NCBI RefSeq assembly: GCF_028641065.1
Contig: NC_073400.1
Span: 19,840,001-19,904,000, forward strand
Length of the DNA stretch: 64,000 bases
Source: Leucoraja erinacea
Lineage: Eukaryota
Direction of reading: 5' to 3'
In this document: piece after piece, positions 24,716 to 38,187 of the stretch
Layout of the letters: every line of letters starts with the position of its first letter
Position numbering within the stretch: position 1 is the stretch's first letter
Made by a program: the position numbers and the translations under genes
The notes under the pieces: model-generated
What the model saw: the letters and a program-made list of their open reading frames with translations, nothing else
Databases searched by the model: none
Told to the model about the DNA's origin: nothing

Positions 24716-27087
24716 ATAGAAACATAGAAACATAGAAATTAGGTGCAGGAGTAGGCCATTCGGCCCTTCGAGCCTGCACCGCCATTTAATATGATCATGG
24801 CTGATCATCCAACTCAGTATCTCGTACCTGCCTTCTCTCCATACCCTCTGATCCCCTTGGCCACAAGGGCCACATCTAACTCCTCTTAAATATAGCCAAT
24901 GAACTGGCCTCAACTACCCTCTGTGGCAGAGAGTTCCAGAGATTCACCACTCTCTGTGTGAAAAAAGTTCTCCTCATCTCGGTTTTTAAAGGATTTCCCC
25001 CATATCCTTAAGCTGTGACCCCTTGTCCTGGACTTCCCCAACATCGGGAACAATCTTCCTGCATCTAGCCTGTCCAACCCCTTAAGAATTTTGTAAGTTT
25101 CTATAAGATCCCCTCTCAATCTCCTAAATTCTAGAGAGTATAAACCAAGTCTATCCAGTCTTTCTTCATAAGACAGTCCTGACATCCCAGGAATCAGTCT
25201 GGTGAACCTTCTCTGCACTCCCTCTATGGCAATAATGTCCTTCCTCAGATTTGGAGACCAAAACTGCACGCAATACTCCAGGTGTGGTCTCACCAAGACC
25301 CTGTACAACTGCAGTAGAACCTCCCTGCTCCTATACTCAAATCCTCTTGCTATGAAAGCCAACATACCATTCGCTTTCTTTACTGCCTGCTGCACCCGCA
25401 TGCCTACCTTCAATGACTGGTGTACCATGACACCCAGGTCTCGCTGCATCTCCCCCTTTCCCAATCGGCCACCGTTTACATAATAATCTGCTTTCCCGTT
25501 TTTGCCACCAAAATGGATAACTTCACATTTATCCACATTAAACTGCATCTGCCAAACATTTGCCCACTCACCCAGCCTATCCAAGTCACCTTGCAGTCTC
25601 CTAGCATCCTCCTCACACCTAACACTGCCCCCCAGCTTAGTGTCATCCGCAAACTTGGAGATATTGCCTTCAATTCCCTCATCCAGATCATTAATATATA
25701 TTGTAAATAGCTGGGGTCCCAGTACTGAGCCTTGCGGTACCCCACTAGTCACTGCCTGCCATTGTGAAAAGGACCCGTTTACTCCTACTCTTTGCTTCCT
25801 GTTTGCCAGCCAGTTCTCTAACCACATCAATACTGAACCCCCAATGCCATGTGCTTTAAGTTTGTATACTAATCTCTTATGTGGGACCTTGTCGAAAGCC
25901 TTCTGGAAGTCCAGATACACCACATCCACTGGTTCTCCCCTATCCACGCTACTAGTTACATCCTCGAAAAATTCTATAAGATTCGTCAGACATGATTTAC
26001 CTTTTGTAAATCCATGCTGACTTTGTCCAATGATTTCACCACTTTCCAAATGTGCTGCTATCCCATCTTTAATAACTGACTCTAGCAGTTTCCCCACTAC
26101 CGATGTTAGGCTAACTGGTCTGTAATTCCCCGTTTTCACTCTCCCTCCCTTCTTAAAAAGTGGGGTTAAGTTTGCTACCCGCCAATCCTCTGGAACTACT
26201 CCAGAATCTAAAGAGTTTTGAAAGATTATTACTAATGCATCCACTATTTCTGGAGCTACTTCCTTAAGTACTCTGGGATGCAGCCTATCTGGCCCTGGGG
26301 ATTTATCGGCCTTTAATCCATTCAATTTACCCAACACCACTTCCCGACTAACCTGGATTCCACTCAATTCCTCCACCTCCTTTGACCCGCGGGCCCCTGC
26401 TATTTCCGGCAGATCATTTATGCCTTCCTTAGTGAAGACGGAACCAAAGTAGTTATTCAATTGGTCCGCCATATCCTGGTTCCCCATGATCAACTCACCT
26501 GTTTCTGACTGCAAGGGACCTACATTTGTTTTAACTAATCTCTTTCTTTTCACATATCTATAAAAACTTTTGCAGTCAGTTTTTATGTTCCCTGCCAGTT
26601 TTCTTTCATAATCCATTTTTCCTTTCCTAATTAAGCCCTTCGTCCTCCTCTGCTGGTCTCTGAATTTCTCCCAGTCCTCCAGTATGCTGCTTTTTCTGGC
26701 TAGTTTGTACGCATCATCCTTTGCTTTGATACTATCCCTGATTTCCCTTGTTATCCATGGATGCACTACCTTCCCTGATTTATTCTTTTGCCAAACTGGG
26801 ATGAACAATTTTTGTAGTTCATCCATGCAGTCTTTAAATGCCTTCCATTGCATATCCACCGTCAACCCTTTTAGAATTAATTGCCAGTCAATCTTGGCCA
26901 ATTCACGTCTCATACCCTCAAAGTTACCTTTCTTTAAGTTCAAAACCATTGTTTCTGAATTAACAATGTCACTCTCCATCCTAATGAAGAACTCAACCAT
27001 ATTATGGTCACTCTTGCCCAAGGGGTCACGCACAACAAGACTACTAACTAACCCTTCCACATTACTCAATACCCAGTCTAAAATAGC
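24716..27087 (-). mobile_element. Young 5'-truncated CR1 with a 731-aa open ORF2 (end of APE, RT, C-terminus)
   Basis: ORF 24910-27105 contains [37 protein letters not shown] and FADD; has an (ATAGAAAC)n tail. Confidence 0.95.
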
Positions 27088-28795
27088 AAGTAGGAATGAA
27101 CTCAAGTAGGTGATTAGAACTGACGCAAGTTGGGTTGAAGAAAATCATAATGCTTTTTATATGTATATTAAATCAACAAGGTAACCAGGAAGAAGTTAAG
27201 ACCACTCAAGAATACAGAAGGAAATGTGTTCTTGGCATCAGAGGATGTAGGTGAAGTACAAACTAAGTACTTTGCCTAAGAAAGAACTGCAGATGCTGGA
27301 TAAATCAGTAGACAAATATGCTGGAGAAACTCAGCGGGTCAGACAGCATCTATGGAGAGAAGGAATAAGCAACGTTTTGGGTCCAGACCCTTCTTCAGAC
27401 TGATGTCGGGGGGGGGCGGGGAAATGGAAAGGAAGAGGCGGAGACAGTAGTCTTGGGAGAGAGCTGGGAAGGGCGGGAAGGAGGGAGAAATCAAGGACTA
27501 CCTGAAATTGGAGGTCAATGTTCACACCACTGGCATGTAAACTACCCAAGCGAAATATGAGGTGCTGTTCCTCCAATTTGCGCTGGGCCTCACTCTGGCA
27601 ATGGCGGAGGCCCAGGACAGAAAGGTCAAATTCGGAACGGGAGGGGAAGTTGAAGTGCTGAGCCACCAGGAGATCAGGTTGATTATTGCAAATTGAGCGG
27701 AGGTGTTGGGCAAAGCAATCGCCAAGTCTGTGCATGGTCTCACCAATGTAGAGAAGTTGACACCTGGAGCAACGGATGCAGTTGATGAGGTTGGAGGAGG
27801 TTCAGGTGAACCTCTGCCTCATCTGGAAAGACTGCTTGGTCACTTGGATGGAGTTGAAGGGGGAGGTAAAGCGACAAGTGTAGTATTTCCTGCGTTTGCA
27901 AGGGAAAGTATCAGGGGAGGGGGTGGTTTAGGTGGGAAGGGACAAATTGACCAGGGAGTTACGGAGGGAATGGCCTCTGCAGAAAGCAGAAAAGGGAGGA
28001 GATGAAAAGATGTGGCCAGTGGTGGGATCCTGTTAGAGGTGGCGAAAATGTCGGAGGATTATATGTTGAATGCGACGGATGGTAGGGTGGAAGGTGAGGA
28101 CAAGGGGGACTTTGTCCTTGCTATGAGTAGGCAATGTGGAGTGAGAGCGGAGCTGTGGGATATAGAGGAGACCCTGGTGAGAGCCTCATCTATAGTCTGA
28201 GGAGAACCCCCGTTCCCTAAAGAATGAGGACATCTTCGATGCCCTGGTCTGGAACACCTCATTCTGGATGCAGATGCAGTGTAGATGGAGGAATTGGGAG
28301 TAGGGGATAGAGTTCTTACGGGAAGCAGGGTGGGAGGAACTATAGTCCAGAGAATCATGGGAGTCGATGGGTTTGTAGTAGAAACCCATTGACTTCCATG
28401 GCTGTCTGGACTACAAACACATTGAGTCCCATGGCTCTCTGGACGACACTTCTTCCCATCCTGCTCCCTGTAAGGACTCTATCCTCGACTCCCAATTTGA
28501 CTCCCAATTCCTCTGTCTATGCCGCATCTGCACCCAGAATGAGGTGATCCAGTCTAGGGAGATTATATGTTGTATATGCCGGCTGGTAGGGTAGAAGGTG
28601 AGGACAAGGGGGGTCTCTGTCCTTGTTATGAGTAGGGGAATGGGTAGTGAGAGCAGAGCTGTGGGATATAGAGGAGACCCTGGTGGGAGCCTCATCTATA
28701 ATAGCAGAGGGGAACACCTGTTCCCAAAAGAATGGGGACTTCTCCGATGCCCTGGTCTCATTCTGGGTGCAGATGCAGCCCCGGTTTCCTTCCCC

Positions 28796-28855
<60 letters not shown>

Positions 28856-29830
28856 ACCCATAGTACTTTGCCTATGTATTCATAAACAAGAAGAATACAG
28901 AGCACAGTGAGAATAGTGTGGAGAATACTAATATATAAGGGCAGTTTGAGGAAGTGGCGTTAGGACTCTCGAAGGGCATTCAGACAGTTAAATTCCAATA
29001 GCTATCCTATGTTATTAAAAAAAAGCAAGAGAGAAGATTGAATAGACCTTGACAAAGCTTTTTGCAACCTCTCTATCCACGGAGGACTGGACAGTAGCCA
29101 ATGTTGTTCCTTAGTCTAAGGAGGGAGGTAGAGTCAGTCCAGGGAATTATAGGCTGCTGAGCCTCACATCAGTGGCAAGGAATCTATTGGAGAAGGAATG
29201 GATTTATCCCATGGAAGGGAATTGGTTATTTAGGGAAAGTCGGCATGACTTTGTCTGCAACCGGTCAAGGAAGTCATGTCGCAGCTTTATACAACTTTGG
29301 TGAGGTTGTATTTGGAGTATGCAGTTCTGGTCGCCCCATTACAAGAAAGATGCGGGGGCTTGAAAATGGTGCAGAAGAGATTTACCAGAATGATGTCTGG
29401 ATTATGTGGTATTAGCAATAAGGAGAGGTTGGACAAACTTGAATTGATTTCTCTGAAATGTCAGAGGCTGAGGAATGATCTGATAGAATTATATAGGATT
29501 ATAAGAGGCATTGATAAGGTAGACAGTTAGAACCTTTTTTTGCAAGGTGGCATTGTCAAAGACTAGAAGTCATAGCTTTAAAATGAGAAGGTCAAAGTTT
29601 TAAGGAGATATGCATGACAATTTGGTTACACAGAGGGTGGTGAGTATCAGAAATATTCTGGCAGAAATAGTGATGGACGCATGCAGCATTTAAGAGGCTT
29701 TTAGATAGCCACTTGGATCTGCACGGATTGAGAGGAGCGCTATCATGTGCAGGTAGATGGAATTAGTTTATCTTGGTTGCATGCTAGGTACAGACACTAT
29801 TGGCCAATGGGGATATTCTTATGCTGTACC
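27088..29830 (+). mobile_element. Old decayed CR1 (host of the PLE insertion)
   Basis: Degenerate ORF2 pieces, e.g. LYTTLVRLYLEY...QKRFTRMM, and NYR-type motifs near 29140. Confidence 0.7.
27279..28861 (-). mobile_element. Penelope-like element (GIY-YIG endonuclease C-terminus and pLTR) with inverted and duplicated 5' segments and a 13-bp TSD
   Basis: RLGDCFAQHLRSI...VAQHFN...RKLEEQHLIFRLGSL..G.NID. AGTACTTTGCCTA at 27266-27278 and 28862-28874. Inverted piece at ~28390-28555. Poly-C at ~28797-28855. Confidence 0.85.
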
Positions 29831-30589
29831 TTTTCTGTATGTTTTCTACTTTTTTCACAAACTATCTTTCCTCTTATTAAACTTGCAGCATTCAACTCAC
29901 AAATTAACCAATCCTAGTATTATTATGAAACATACTCACAACAGTGGTTCCTTTGTGGTCTGGTAAACTGATCTCTGTGGTGCAGAAGCCTAGATTCAGC
30001 TCTCAGACACCTGATACCTCCTCTGGGACACAACCATTCCATCAAATCCACAGAGTCACAGAGCTCTCTTCAGAACCCCTTCCCTCCACAGCTTCCAATC
30101 TTGGTGCCATAGCCTGCACAACCCATTTCTACTTTGCTGCGAAGATCTATAGCTGGACTGCACAGGCAGGCCCATTGTTTCAGCCTGTTCTTGCCCAGCT
30201 AAACTTTCCTCTTCCCACCTTGACTCAACCCTTTCTCTGCTGTCGAGTCCCTTCAAATTGAACCTTTCCATTCACTTTATCCAAGTCAAAATTGTAGTGA
30301 TGTGCGCTGGTACAGGCCAAAATAGGCAAGTTTTTCTGTGAAATATACATGAGAACACTGAAGAAAATGGCCTCTCAAGCCTACCCTGCAATTCAATACA
30401 TTCATGACTGATCTAATACAGGACTCAACTCCTATTCTATGTAATTTCTCAATGAAGCTCAATTCCCTGATCTTTCAGACAATTATGTCTCCAATTTGAA
30501 TACTTTAAATGATCTCCATAACTCTCTGAGGTAGAGATTCCAGCAATCCTCTGTGAGAAGATATTTCTATGCACACTTTTTAATTGACC

Positions 30590-31320
30590 AAGCCAAAGCT
30601 TCAAGTTCCTAAGAGTAAATATCATCAACAACTTGTCCTGGACCAGCCATATCGAAGCAATGGACAAGAAAGCACGCCAACGTCTCTACATCCTTCGAAG
30701 GCGAAGGAGGATTGGCATGTCCCCAACAACCTTCACCAGATTATACAGGTGCGCTGTTGAAAGCATTTTATCAGGAAGGATCACAGCATGGTTTGGGAAC
30801 AGCTCCATGCAAGACCGCAAGAAATTGCTGAGAATTGTAGATGCAGCCCAGACCATCGCACAAACCAACCCATTGACTCAATATACACTTCACGCTGCCT
30901 CGGCAATGTTAGCAGCATAATCAAGGAGAAGTCACACCCAGGGTACTCTCTGTTCTCCCCTCTCTCCCATCAGGCAAGATGTACAGATGTTCAAATGCTC
31001 ACCTCCAGATTCAGGGACAGTTTCTTCACAGCAACTGAACTATTCTTATCAGGCAATTAAACCATTCCATCAACAACTGGAGAACAGCACTGAGCCACTA
31101 TCTACTTCATTGGAGAACTGCAGACTAGACAGTGTTTAATCGGATTTTACTGGACTTTATTTTGCACTAAACATTATTCCCTTTATCGTGTATATATCTG
31201 CACACTGTGAATGGCTCGATTTGCAGTTATGTATTGTATTTCCGCTGACTGGTTAGCACGCAAGAAAATCTTTTTATTCTACCTCGGTACACATGATTAT
31301 AAACTAAAACTAACGAACTA
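30590..31320 (+). mobile_element. Rex1/Babar-like LINE 3' fragment
   Basis: LSWTSHI...KKARQRLYILRR...YRCAVESILSGRITAWFGN. Confidence 0.8.
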
Positions 31321-31439
31321 ACCAGCCCATTACCTTGTGACTATGTCACCACATTCAAGACTCTCCATATCCAACAATACCCTCTCCCTCAATGTCTGCA
31401 AGATGAAGGTGCTAATTGTCGACTTCAGGAAATATGCTG

Positions 31440-31904
31440 CTGTGTTAAAGCCCAAACCTTGGTGCACAAGCCCAAAGATATCTGAAGGTGGCAGCATAGT
31501 TATGGGGAGCCAATGATTGGGAGTTGCAGGTTGATTTAGGAGGAAATCTTGTTATTTTTGTATGAAATTATTAGTACTAGTTTGAAGCCTGGTATAGTGT
31601 TACGGTCAGTTGGTCAGCAGATAGTGTATTTTATAGAACTGACGGTGCCTTGGGAGAACTTAGTGGATGAGGCTTATGAAAGGAAAAAGGTTTAGATATG
31701 TAGAGTTGGCAGCAGAAGATGAGCAGCAAGGTTGGAGAGCAAGAGTACGTCCAGTAGAGGTGGGCTGTAGAATTTTCATAGCGAGATTGACCATGTCGCT
31801 ATTCGGAGAGCCAGAAATTCGCAGACAGAGCTTGCAGCAGTGCAAGGCAGTAGGTTGATTTAGTGAAGAAGAAATAATGTCAGTTGTGGGCAGAAAGGAA
31901 ATGT
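31440..31904 (+). mobile_element. HERO-clade non-LTR retrotransposon remnant (restriction-like endonuclease end)
   Basis: DWELQVDLG...TSLKP.IVL...VYFIELTVPWENLVDEAYERK..RYVELAAE.EQQGWRARVRPVEVGCR, with frameshifts. Confidence 0.7.
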
Positions 31905-34224
31905 ATGACATGCAGTACTTCTTCTATATAGTGTTTTTTGGCGGTTGGCAAACAACTTTTTTGGTGCATTACCGCCACCAACTGGCATGGAGTGTGGATC
32001 AAACAACACCATTACATATTCTAATAACCTATATCCTTCCGAACAAATTGGTTACCCTAAGAAAAAGCATCAGGATTTGATAGCACTTATTTGAACTCCC
32101 TTGCAAAATATCTACCAAATCAAATTGTACTCCTTCTTTTCTGAACTGCTCACTCATCCGTTCTCTCTCCTCCTCATACCTCTCACAATGTACAATGACA
32201 TGCTCTATCGTTTCCTCTTGCCCACAGTATTCACATCTGCCTGTATTATGCTTGCCCATTACAAAAAGTGTACTGTTCAGACCAGTGTGTCCAAATCTAA
32301 TTCTTGAAATCACTGTCTCCTCTTCTCTGTTCTTTCCTGCACATCTCATCTCTCCCACTTTCCTCTGGACTCTGTAGAACCACCGTCCTTTCCACTCTTC
32401 CTCCCATTGCTTTTGCCATCTTTCCTTCAGTCTTTGCTTAATAATGTCTTTAATTTCAGTTTTACCTATGTTAATACTTAAATCAATCTTACTTCTTTTT
32501 GTTACCTCTTTTGCTACCTTATCTGCCATTTCGTTTCCTCTAATGTCAATGTGTGCTGGTACCCATAAAAATATGACTGTAAGCCCCATCATTTGAATTC
32601 TGAATAGTGTTTGTTGTATTTCTATCAAAATGTCTGGTCTATTGTCTGAATGACTGTGCTGTAAACTCTTTATTGCTAAACTTGAATCTGAACAAATAAC
32701 TGTCCTTAAAGGCCTAGTATCCTCGACCCACTGTACCGCTAACAATATTGCAATCATTTCACCTGTGTATATTGAGACCTCATTATTGATCCTCTTCCCT
32801 ACTTTGATGTGAAATTCTGGTACAATAAATGCTACTCCTACTTTATCTACTGAATCTTTTGATGCATCTGTATAAATTTGGACAAAACTGTAGTATCTGT
32901 CAATGTATTCCTGTATGATGACTGAATTATACATATGCTGTTTATCCTTGTTTTTCTGTTCTAATATTGTAAAGTCTACTGTTGCATCTGGAAGTATCCA
33001 AGGTGGAATTGAAGGTAATGGAACCGTTGGAACCACATTTAATTGGGCTATGCTAATTTGTATTGCTCTCTGGGTCACTGTCCATCCAAAACTTTTTGTT
33101 TCCCTTCTCTCCTTTTCCCAGCATGGTTTGACAGTAACTTGTACTGGGTGTTCTTGACTGTGGCCCTGTAGGTTAATCCAGTAATTCAATGAAAGCTGTA
33201 TCCTTCTCATCTCTAGAGGCATCTCCACCATTTCAACCTGTAATGCTGCTGTTGGAGTTGTTTTTATTGCACCTGTACATATTCTCAATGCCTGGTATTG
33301 AATGTTGGCTATTTTCTTAAGAGAAGTACTTGATGCGCACCCATACACCACACAACCATAATCTAACACAGATCTAATTAACCCAGTGTATATAGCCTTC
33401 AAAGCTGTTCTATCTGCCCCCCAATCACATCCAACTAAATATCTCATTACATTAAGTATCTTCGTACATTTGTCCACTACTTTCTGAATATGAACCATCC
33501 ATATAATCCTCTCATCAAACCAGGAATCAGTCTGGTGAACCTTCTCTGCACTCCCTCTATGGCAATAATGTCCTTCCTCAGATTTAGAGACCAAAACTAT
33601 AAACTTCACATTTCTCCCCCTTTTCCAGATTGCCCCATCATCCGCAAACAGTGAAACTCCCATTTAATTTACAATTTCTTCATTTATCATTACTAAAAAT
33701 AGTAAAGGACTTATTCTGCTCCCTTGAGTTGTTCCATTTTCAATATCAAATGTTCCTGAGTATTGATTTCCAACTCGTACTTGTATTGACCTCCCAAATA
33801 AAAAATCCTTAATCCATTTAAATATACGACCTTTAATCCCCAATTTACCTAGTTTAACTAATAGAAACATAGAAACATAGAAAGTAGGTGCGAGAGCAGA
33901 CCACCAGGTCCATCGAGCCCGCACCGCCATTCGCTCATGGCTGAACACTAAACAGACACACTTACCCACAAACAGTAGACACAAGACACAGAACACAAGA
34001 CACTACCCTCCCCTTTATACCGCTATCACCCCTCTCCACCCCAAGAACCTCGTGATCTCCTGGGGGAGGCAAAAAACCGGATAAAAACCCAGGTCCAATT
34101 CGGGAAAAAAATCCGGGAAATTCCTCTCCGACCCCAATCTAGGCGATCGACACTTGTCCAGGAGATCACTCAGGTCTTACTATACTAACCATACCTAGGT
34201 CCATATCCCTGCCCTCTCCCCGTA

Positions 34225-37090
34225 GCCCCTTATCCCCTTGGCAGCTAAAAAAACATCTATTTTAGTCTTAAATATATTTAAAGTTTCTGCTTCCACTGCT
34301 CCCTGGGGCAGTGAATTCCATAAATTAACCACCCTCTGGGTGAAGAAGTTCTTCCTCATCTCAGTTTTAAAAGAGCCCCCCCTTTATTCTGCAACTATGT
34401 CCCCTAGTTCTAGTTTCCCCGATCATTGGGAACATCCTCGGTGCATCCACCCGATCAAGGCCCCTCACGATCTTATATGTTTCAATGAGATCGCCTCTCA
34501 TTCTTCTAAACTCCAAAGAGTAGAGTTCCAGCCTACTTAACCTTTCCTCATATGTCAATCCCCTCATTGCAGGAATTAATCTTGTAAACCTTCGCTGCAC
34601 TGCCTCCAGGGCTAGTACATCCTTTCTTAAGTATGGACCCCAGAACTGTACACAGTATTCCAAATGTGGTCTCACTAATACTGTGTACAGCTGCAGCAAG
34701 ACCTCCGTGTTTTTATACTCAATCCCCCTAGCAATAAAGGCCAAAACTCCATTGGCCTTCCTGATTGCTTGCTGCACCTGCATACTAACTTTCAGTGATT
34801 CATGTACTAATACCCCTAGATCCCTTTGCGTTGCATTACAACGCAGCTCCTCCTCATTTAGAAAATAACTTGCCCTATCATTCTTTTTTCCCAATGTGAA
34901 TGACTTCACATTTATTAGTATTAAATTTCATCTGCCAAGTTGTTGCCCACTCACCTAGCTTATCTATATCCTTTTGCAGACTCTTCCTATCCTCCTCATC
35001 CCCTACTTTTCCTCCCATTTTTGTATCGTCCGCAAATTTTGATATATTACACTTGGTTCCCTCCTCCAAATCATTTATATAAATTGTGAACAACTGGGGT
35101 CCCAGCACCGACCCTTGCGGAACCCCGCTAGTTACCGGTTGCCATCCCGAGTATGAACCATTTATCCCCCCTCTCTGCTTCCTATTTGTTAGCCAATCCT
35201 CTACCCATGCTAATATATTACCCCCAATCCCATAATTTTTTATTTTTAGCAATAGTCTCTTATGTGGCACCTTGTCAAAAGCCTTTTGGAAGTCCAAGTA
35301 TACCACATCCACCGGTTCCCCTTTATCCACCCGGGTTGTTACTTCCTCAAAGAATTCGAGCAGATTCGTTAAACAGGACTTCCCCTTCACAAAACCATGT
35401 TGGTTCTGTCCGATGAAGTCATGTTTATCCAAGTGCCCCGTTAGTGTTTCTTTAATAATTGTCTCTAACATTTTACCCACCACCGATGTTAGACTAACCG
35501 GTCTATAGTTACCCGCCTTCTGTTTACTTCCTTTTTTAAATATAGGTGTTACATTGGCCATTTTCCAATCCACTGGGACCGTTCCTGCCTCCAGGGAGTT
35601 TTGGAAAATTATCACCAATGCATCCACAATCCCCACCGCTATCTCCCTCAAGACCCTTGGATGTAATCCATCAGGCCCAGGGGATTTATCCTCCTTCAGT
35701 CTCATTAATTTCCCTAATACCACCTCCTTGGTGATCTTAATAGTATTAAGCTCCTCCATTCCTACCGCCCCCTGTTTATCCAGCGTTGGAATATTTTTTG
35801 TGTCTTCTATGGTGAAGACTGATACCAAAATACTCGTTTAATGCCTTTGCCATTTCCATGTTCCCCACCAACAACTCTCCAGTCTCACCCTCCAATGGAC
35901 CAACGTTCACCTTAGCCACCCTTTTTCTTTTTATATAGCTATAAAAACTCTTACTATTAGTTTTTATGTTGTTCGCTAAATTCCTTTCATAGTCTATTTT
36001 CCCCGTCTTAATTAATCTCTTAGTTATTTTTTGCTGACCTTTAAATGCTTCCCAATCCTCTACCCTCCCCACTATCTCTGGCTACCTTATATGCCCTTGC
36101 CTTCAGCCGAATACTATCCTTTATAGTTTTACTGAGCCATGGCTGACTGTTCTTACCCTTACCCCTTTTTTTCTTCATAGGAATAAATTTTTCTTGAAGG
36201 TTATACAGTATACCCTTAAACGTACACCACTGCTCATGTACCGTCTTATTCTTGAGTCTGCTATCCCAGTCAACTTTGATCAGCTCAGTCCTCATACCTT
36301 CATAATCCCCCTTATTTAGACTAAGCACCCTAGCCTGAGTTTCAACCTGCTCCCCTTCTATTTGAATATGGAATTCGACCATATTGTGGTCACTTGTTCC
36401 CAACGAGTCCCTAACTATGACATTTTTAATTAATCCTGCTTCATTACACAGGACCAGATCCAAGATTGCCTCCCCCCTTGTCGGTTCTGTGACATACTGT
36501 TCTAGGAACCCGTCTCTAATACTTTCTATAAACTCTTCCTCTAGTCTACCCTGCCCAGTTTGGTTTGCCCAATTAATATGAAAATTGAAGTCCCCCATGA
36601 TTACAGCAGTTCCCTTTTTACATGCGTCAACTATTTGCAGATTTATGTTCTGACTAACAGCGTCACAGCTATTTGGAGGTCTATAAATTACACCCACTAG
36701 TGTTTTTTTCCCCTTATTATTCTCTATCTGTACCCAAGCTGTTTCACTATCCTGATCCTTCAACGCAATATCCTTCCTCTCTATTGCCGTTATTCCCTCC
36801 CTTATTAAAAGGGCCACCCCCCCTCCCTTTCTTTCCTGTCTATCTTTCCTAATTGTCGAGTACCCCTCTATATTTAACTCCCAGTCCTGATCCCCTTGCA
36901 GCCATGTCTCCGTAATGGCCACGATATCATAACTATATATACTTAATTGCACCGTTAATTCATTTATCTTATTACGAATACTCCGTGCATTTAGATAAAG
37001 CACTTTCAGATGATTTTTACTACCCTTCCTTTCCGTTTTTGCCCCTTTTACATCTAAAGCTTTATCTTCACACATTCTGTCTCCTGTCAC
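34225..37090 (-). pseudogene. CR1 ORF2 (APE-RT), broken by several single-base frameshifts
   Basis: Overlapping ORFs 36041-37090, 35776-36072, 34878-35828 and 34367-34909; motifs NARS, TETW, GDFN, SDHN, QGSVLGP, FADD. Confidence 0.9.
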
Positions 37091-37179
37091 ATTTTGACTT
37101 TCCGCTTCCCCACTGATACCCTGCTCTATTTCCTCTACCCCTGCCGTTATTACCCCCCTTGATACCTCCCCCCCGCTAC

Positions 37180-38187
37180 TTAGTTTAAAGACCTCTCTAC
37201 TGCCCTAGTTATATGATTTGCCAGGACCCCAGTCCCAGCACCGTTCAGGTGAAGTCCGTCCTTACAGAACAGATCCCCCCTGTCCCAGTACTGGTGCCAG
37301 TGGCCCAAGAAACCAAACCCATTTTTCCCACACCAGTCTTTGAGCCACGCATTTAGCTTCTTAATTTTACGTACCCTCGCCGATTTGGCCCGTGGCTCAG
37401 GTAGCAATCCGGAGATCAGTACCCTCGAGGTTCTGCTTTTTAATTTATTCCCTAACTGCTCAAACTCCTTCAGCAGATCCTCCTTCCTCGTCCTTCCTAT
37501 GTCATTGGTCCCCACATGGACCACGACCACTGGATCCTCCCCCTCCCACTGCAAATTTCTCTCCAGCATCGCAGAGATATCCTTAACCCTAGCACCGGGT
37601 AGGCAACACAGCCTTCGGGACACGTTCTGCTGGCCGCAGAGAACCCTATCTACCCCCCGAATAATACTATCCCCTATCACTACGGCATTTCTTCTAACTC
37701 CCCCCTCTTGAATGGCCTCCTGATCCACGGTGCTGCAGCCAGGTTGCTCATCCCTCCCACAGCCCCTGATCCCGTCCTTACATTGAGTAAGAGCCTCGGT
37801 CATGCTCGTCAGGGACAAGGGCTGTGGCTCCTGCCGCATCTCCTCCTGGTTCCCCCTACCTGCCTCGCTTATGGCCACACCTTCCTTTCCTTGCTCACTG
37901 CCTACTGAATTAGTTAAACTGGTCGGTGTGACCATCCCCTGGCACAAAACATCCAGGTAATACTCCCCCTCCCTGATGTACCGCAGCGTATGAAGTTGGG
38001 TCTCCAGCTCATCAATGCGGAGCTGGAGTTCCTCTAGCCTCAAACACTTACTGCAGCTGTAGGGATCTTCTACATCAATGGTGTCGACAAATTCCCACAT
38101 CTCGCAGTATTGGCACATCTCCTGACCGCCCATCTTATATAAGTAATTACTGGTCCTATTTAAGAATCCCCTACTGTATTGATACAC
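37180..38187 (-). CDS. CR1 ORF1: zinc finger/leucine zipper plus SGNH esterase domain
   Basis: CQYCEMW...CSKC, heptad LEELQLRIDELETQL, VIGDSIIR, CLPGARV, HVGTND, DGLHLN; intact 335 aa. Confidence 0.9.
   Translation of the reverse strand: MYQYSRGFLNRTSNYLYKMGGQEMCQYCEMWEFVDTIDVEDPYSCSKCLRLEELQLRIDELETQLHTLRYIREGEYYLDVLCQGMVTPTSLTNSVGSEQGKEGVAISEAGRGNQEEMRQEPQPLSLTSMTEALTQCKDGIRGCGRDEQPGCSTVDQEAIQEGGVRRNAVVIGDSIIRGVDRVLCGQQNVSRRLCCLPGARVKDISAMLERNLQWEGEDPVVVVHVGTNDIGRTRKEDLLKEFEQLGNKLKSRTSRVLISGLLPEPRAKSARVRKIKKLNAWLKDWCGKNGFGFLGHWHQYWDRGDLFCKDGLHLNGAGTGVLANHITRAVERSLN

Noticed and set aside
28517-28910. Poly-Gly and poly-Pro ORFs
   Set aside because: They are translations of a poly-C run.
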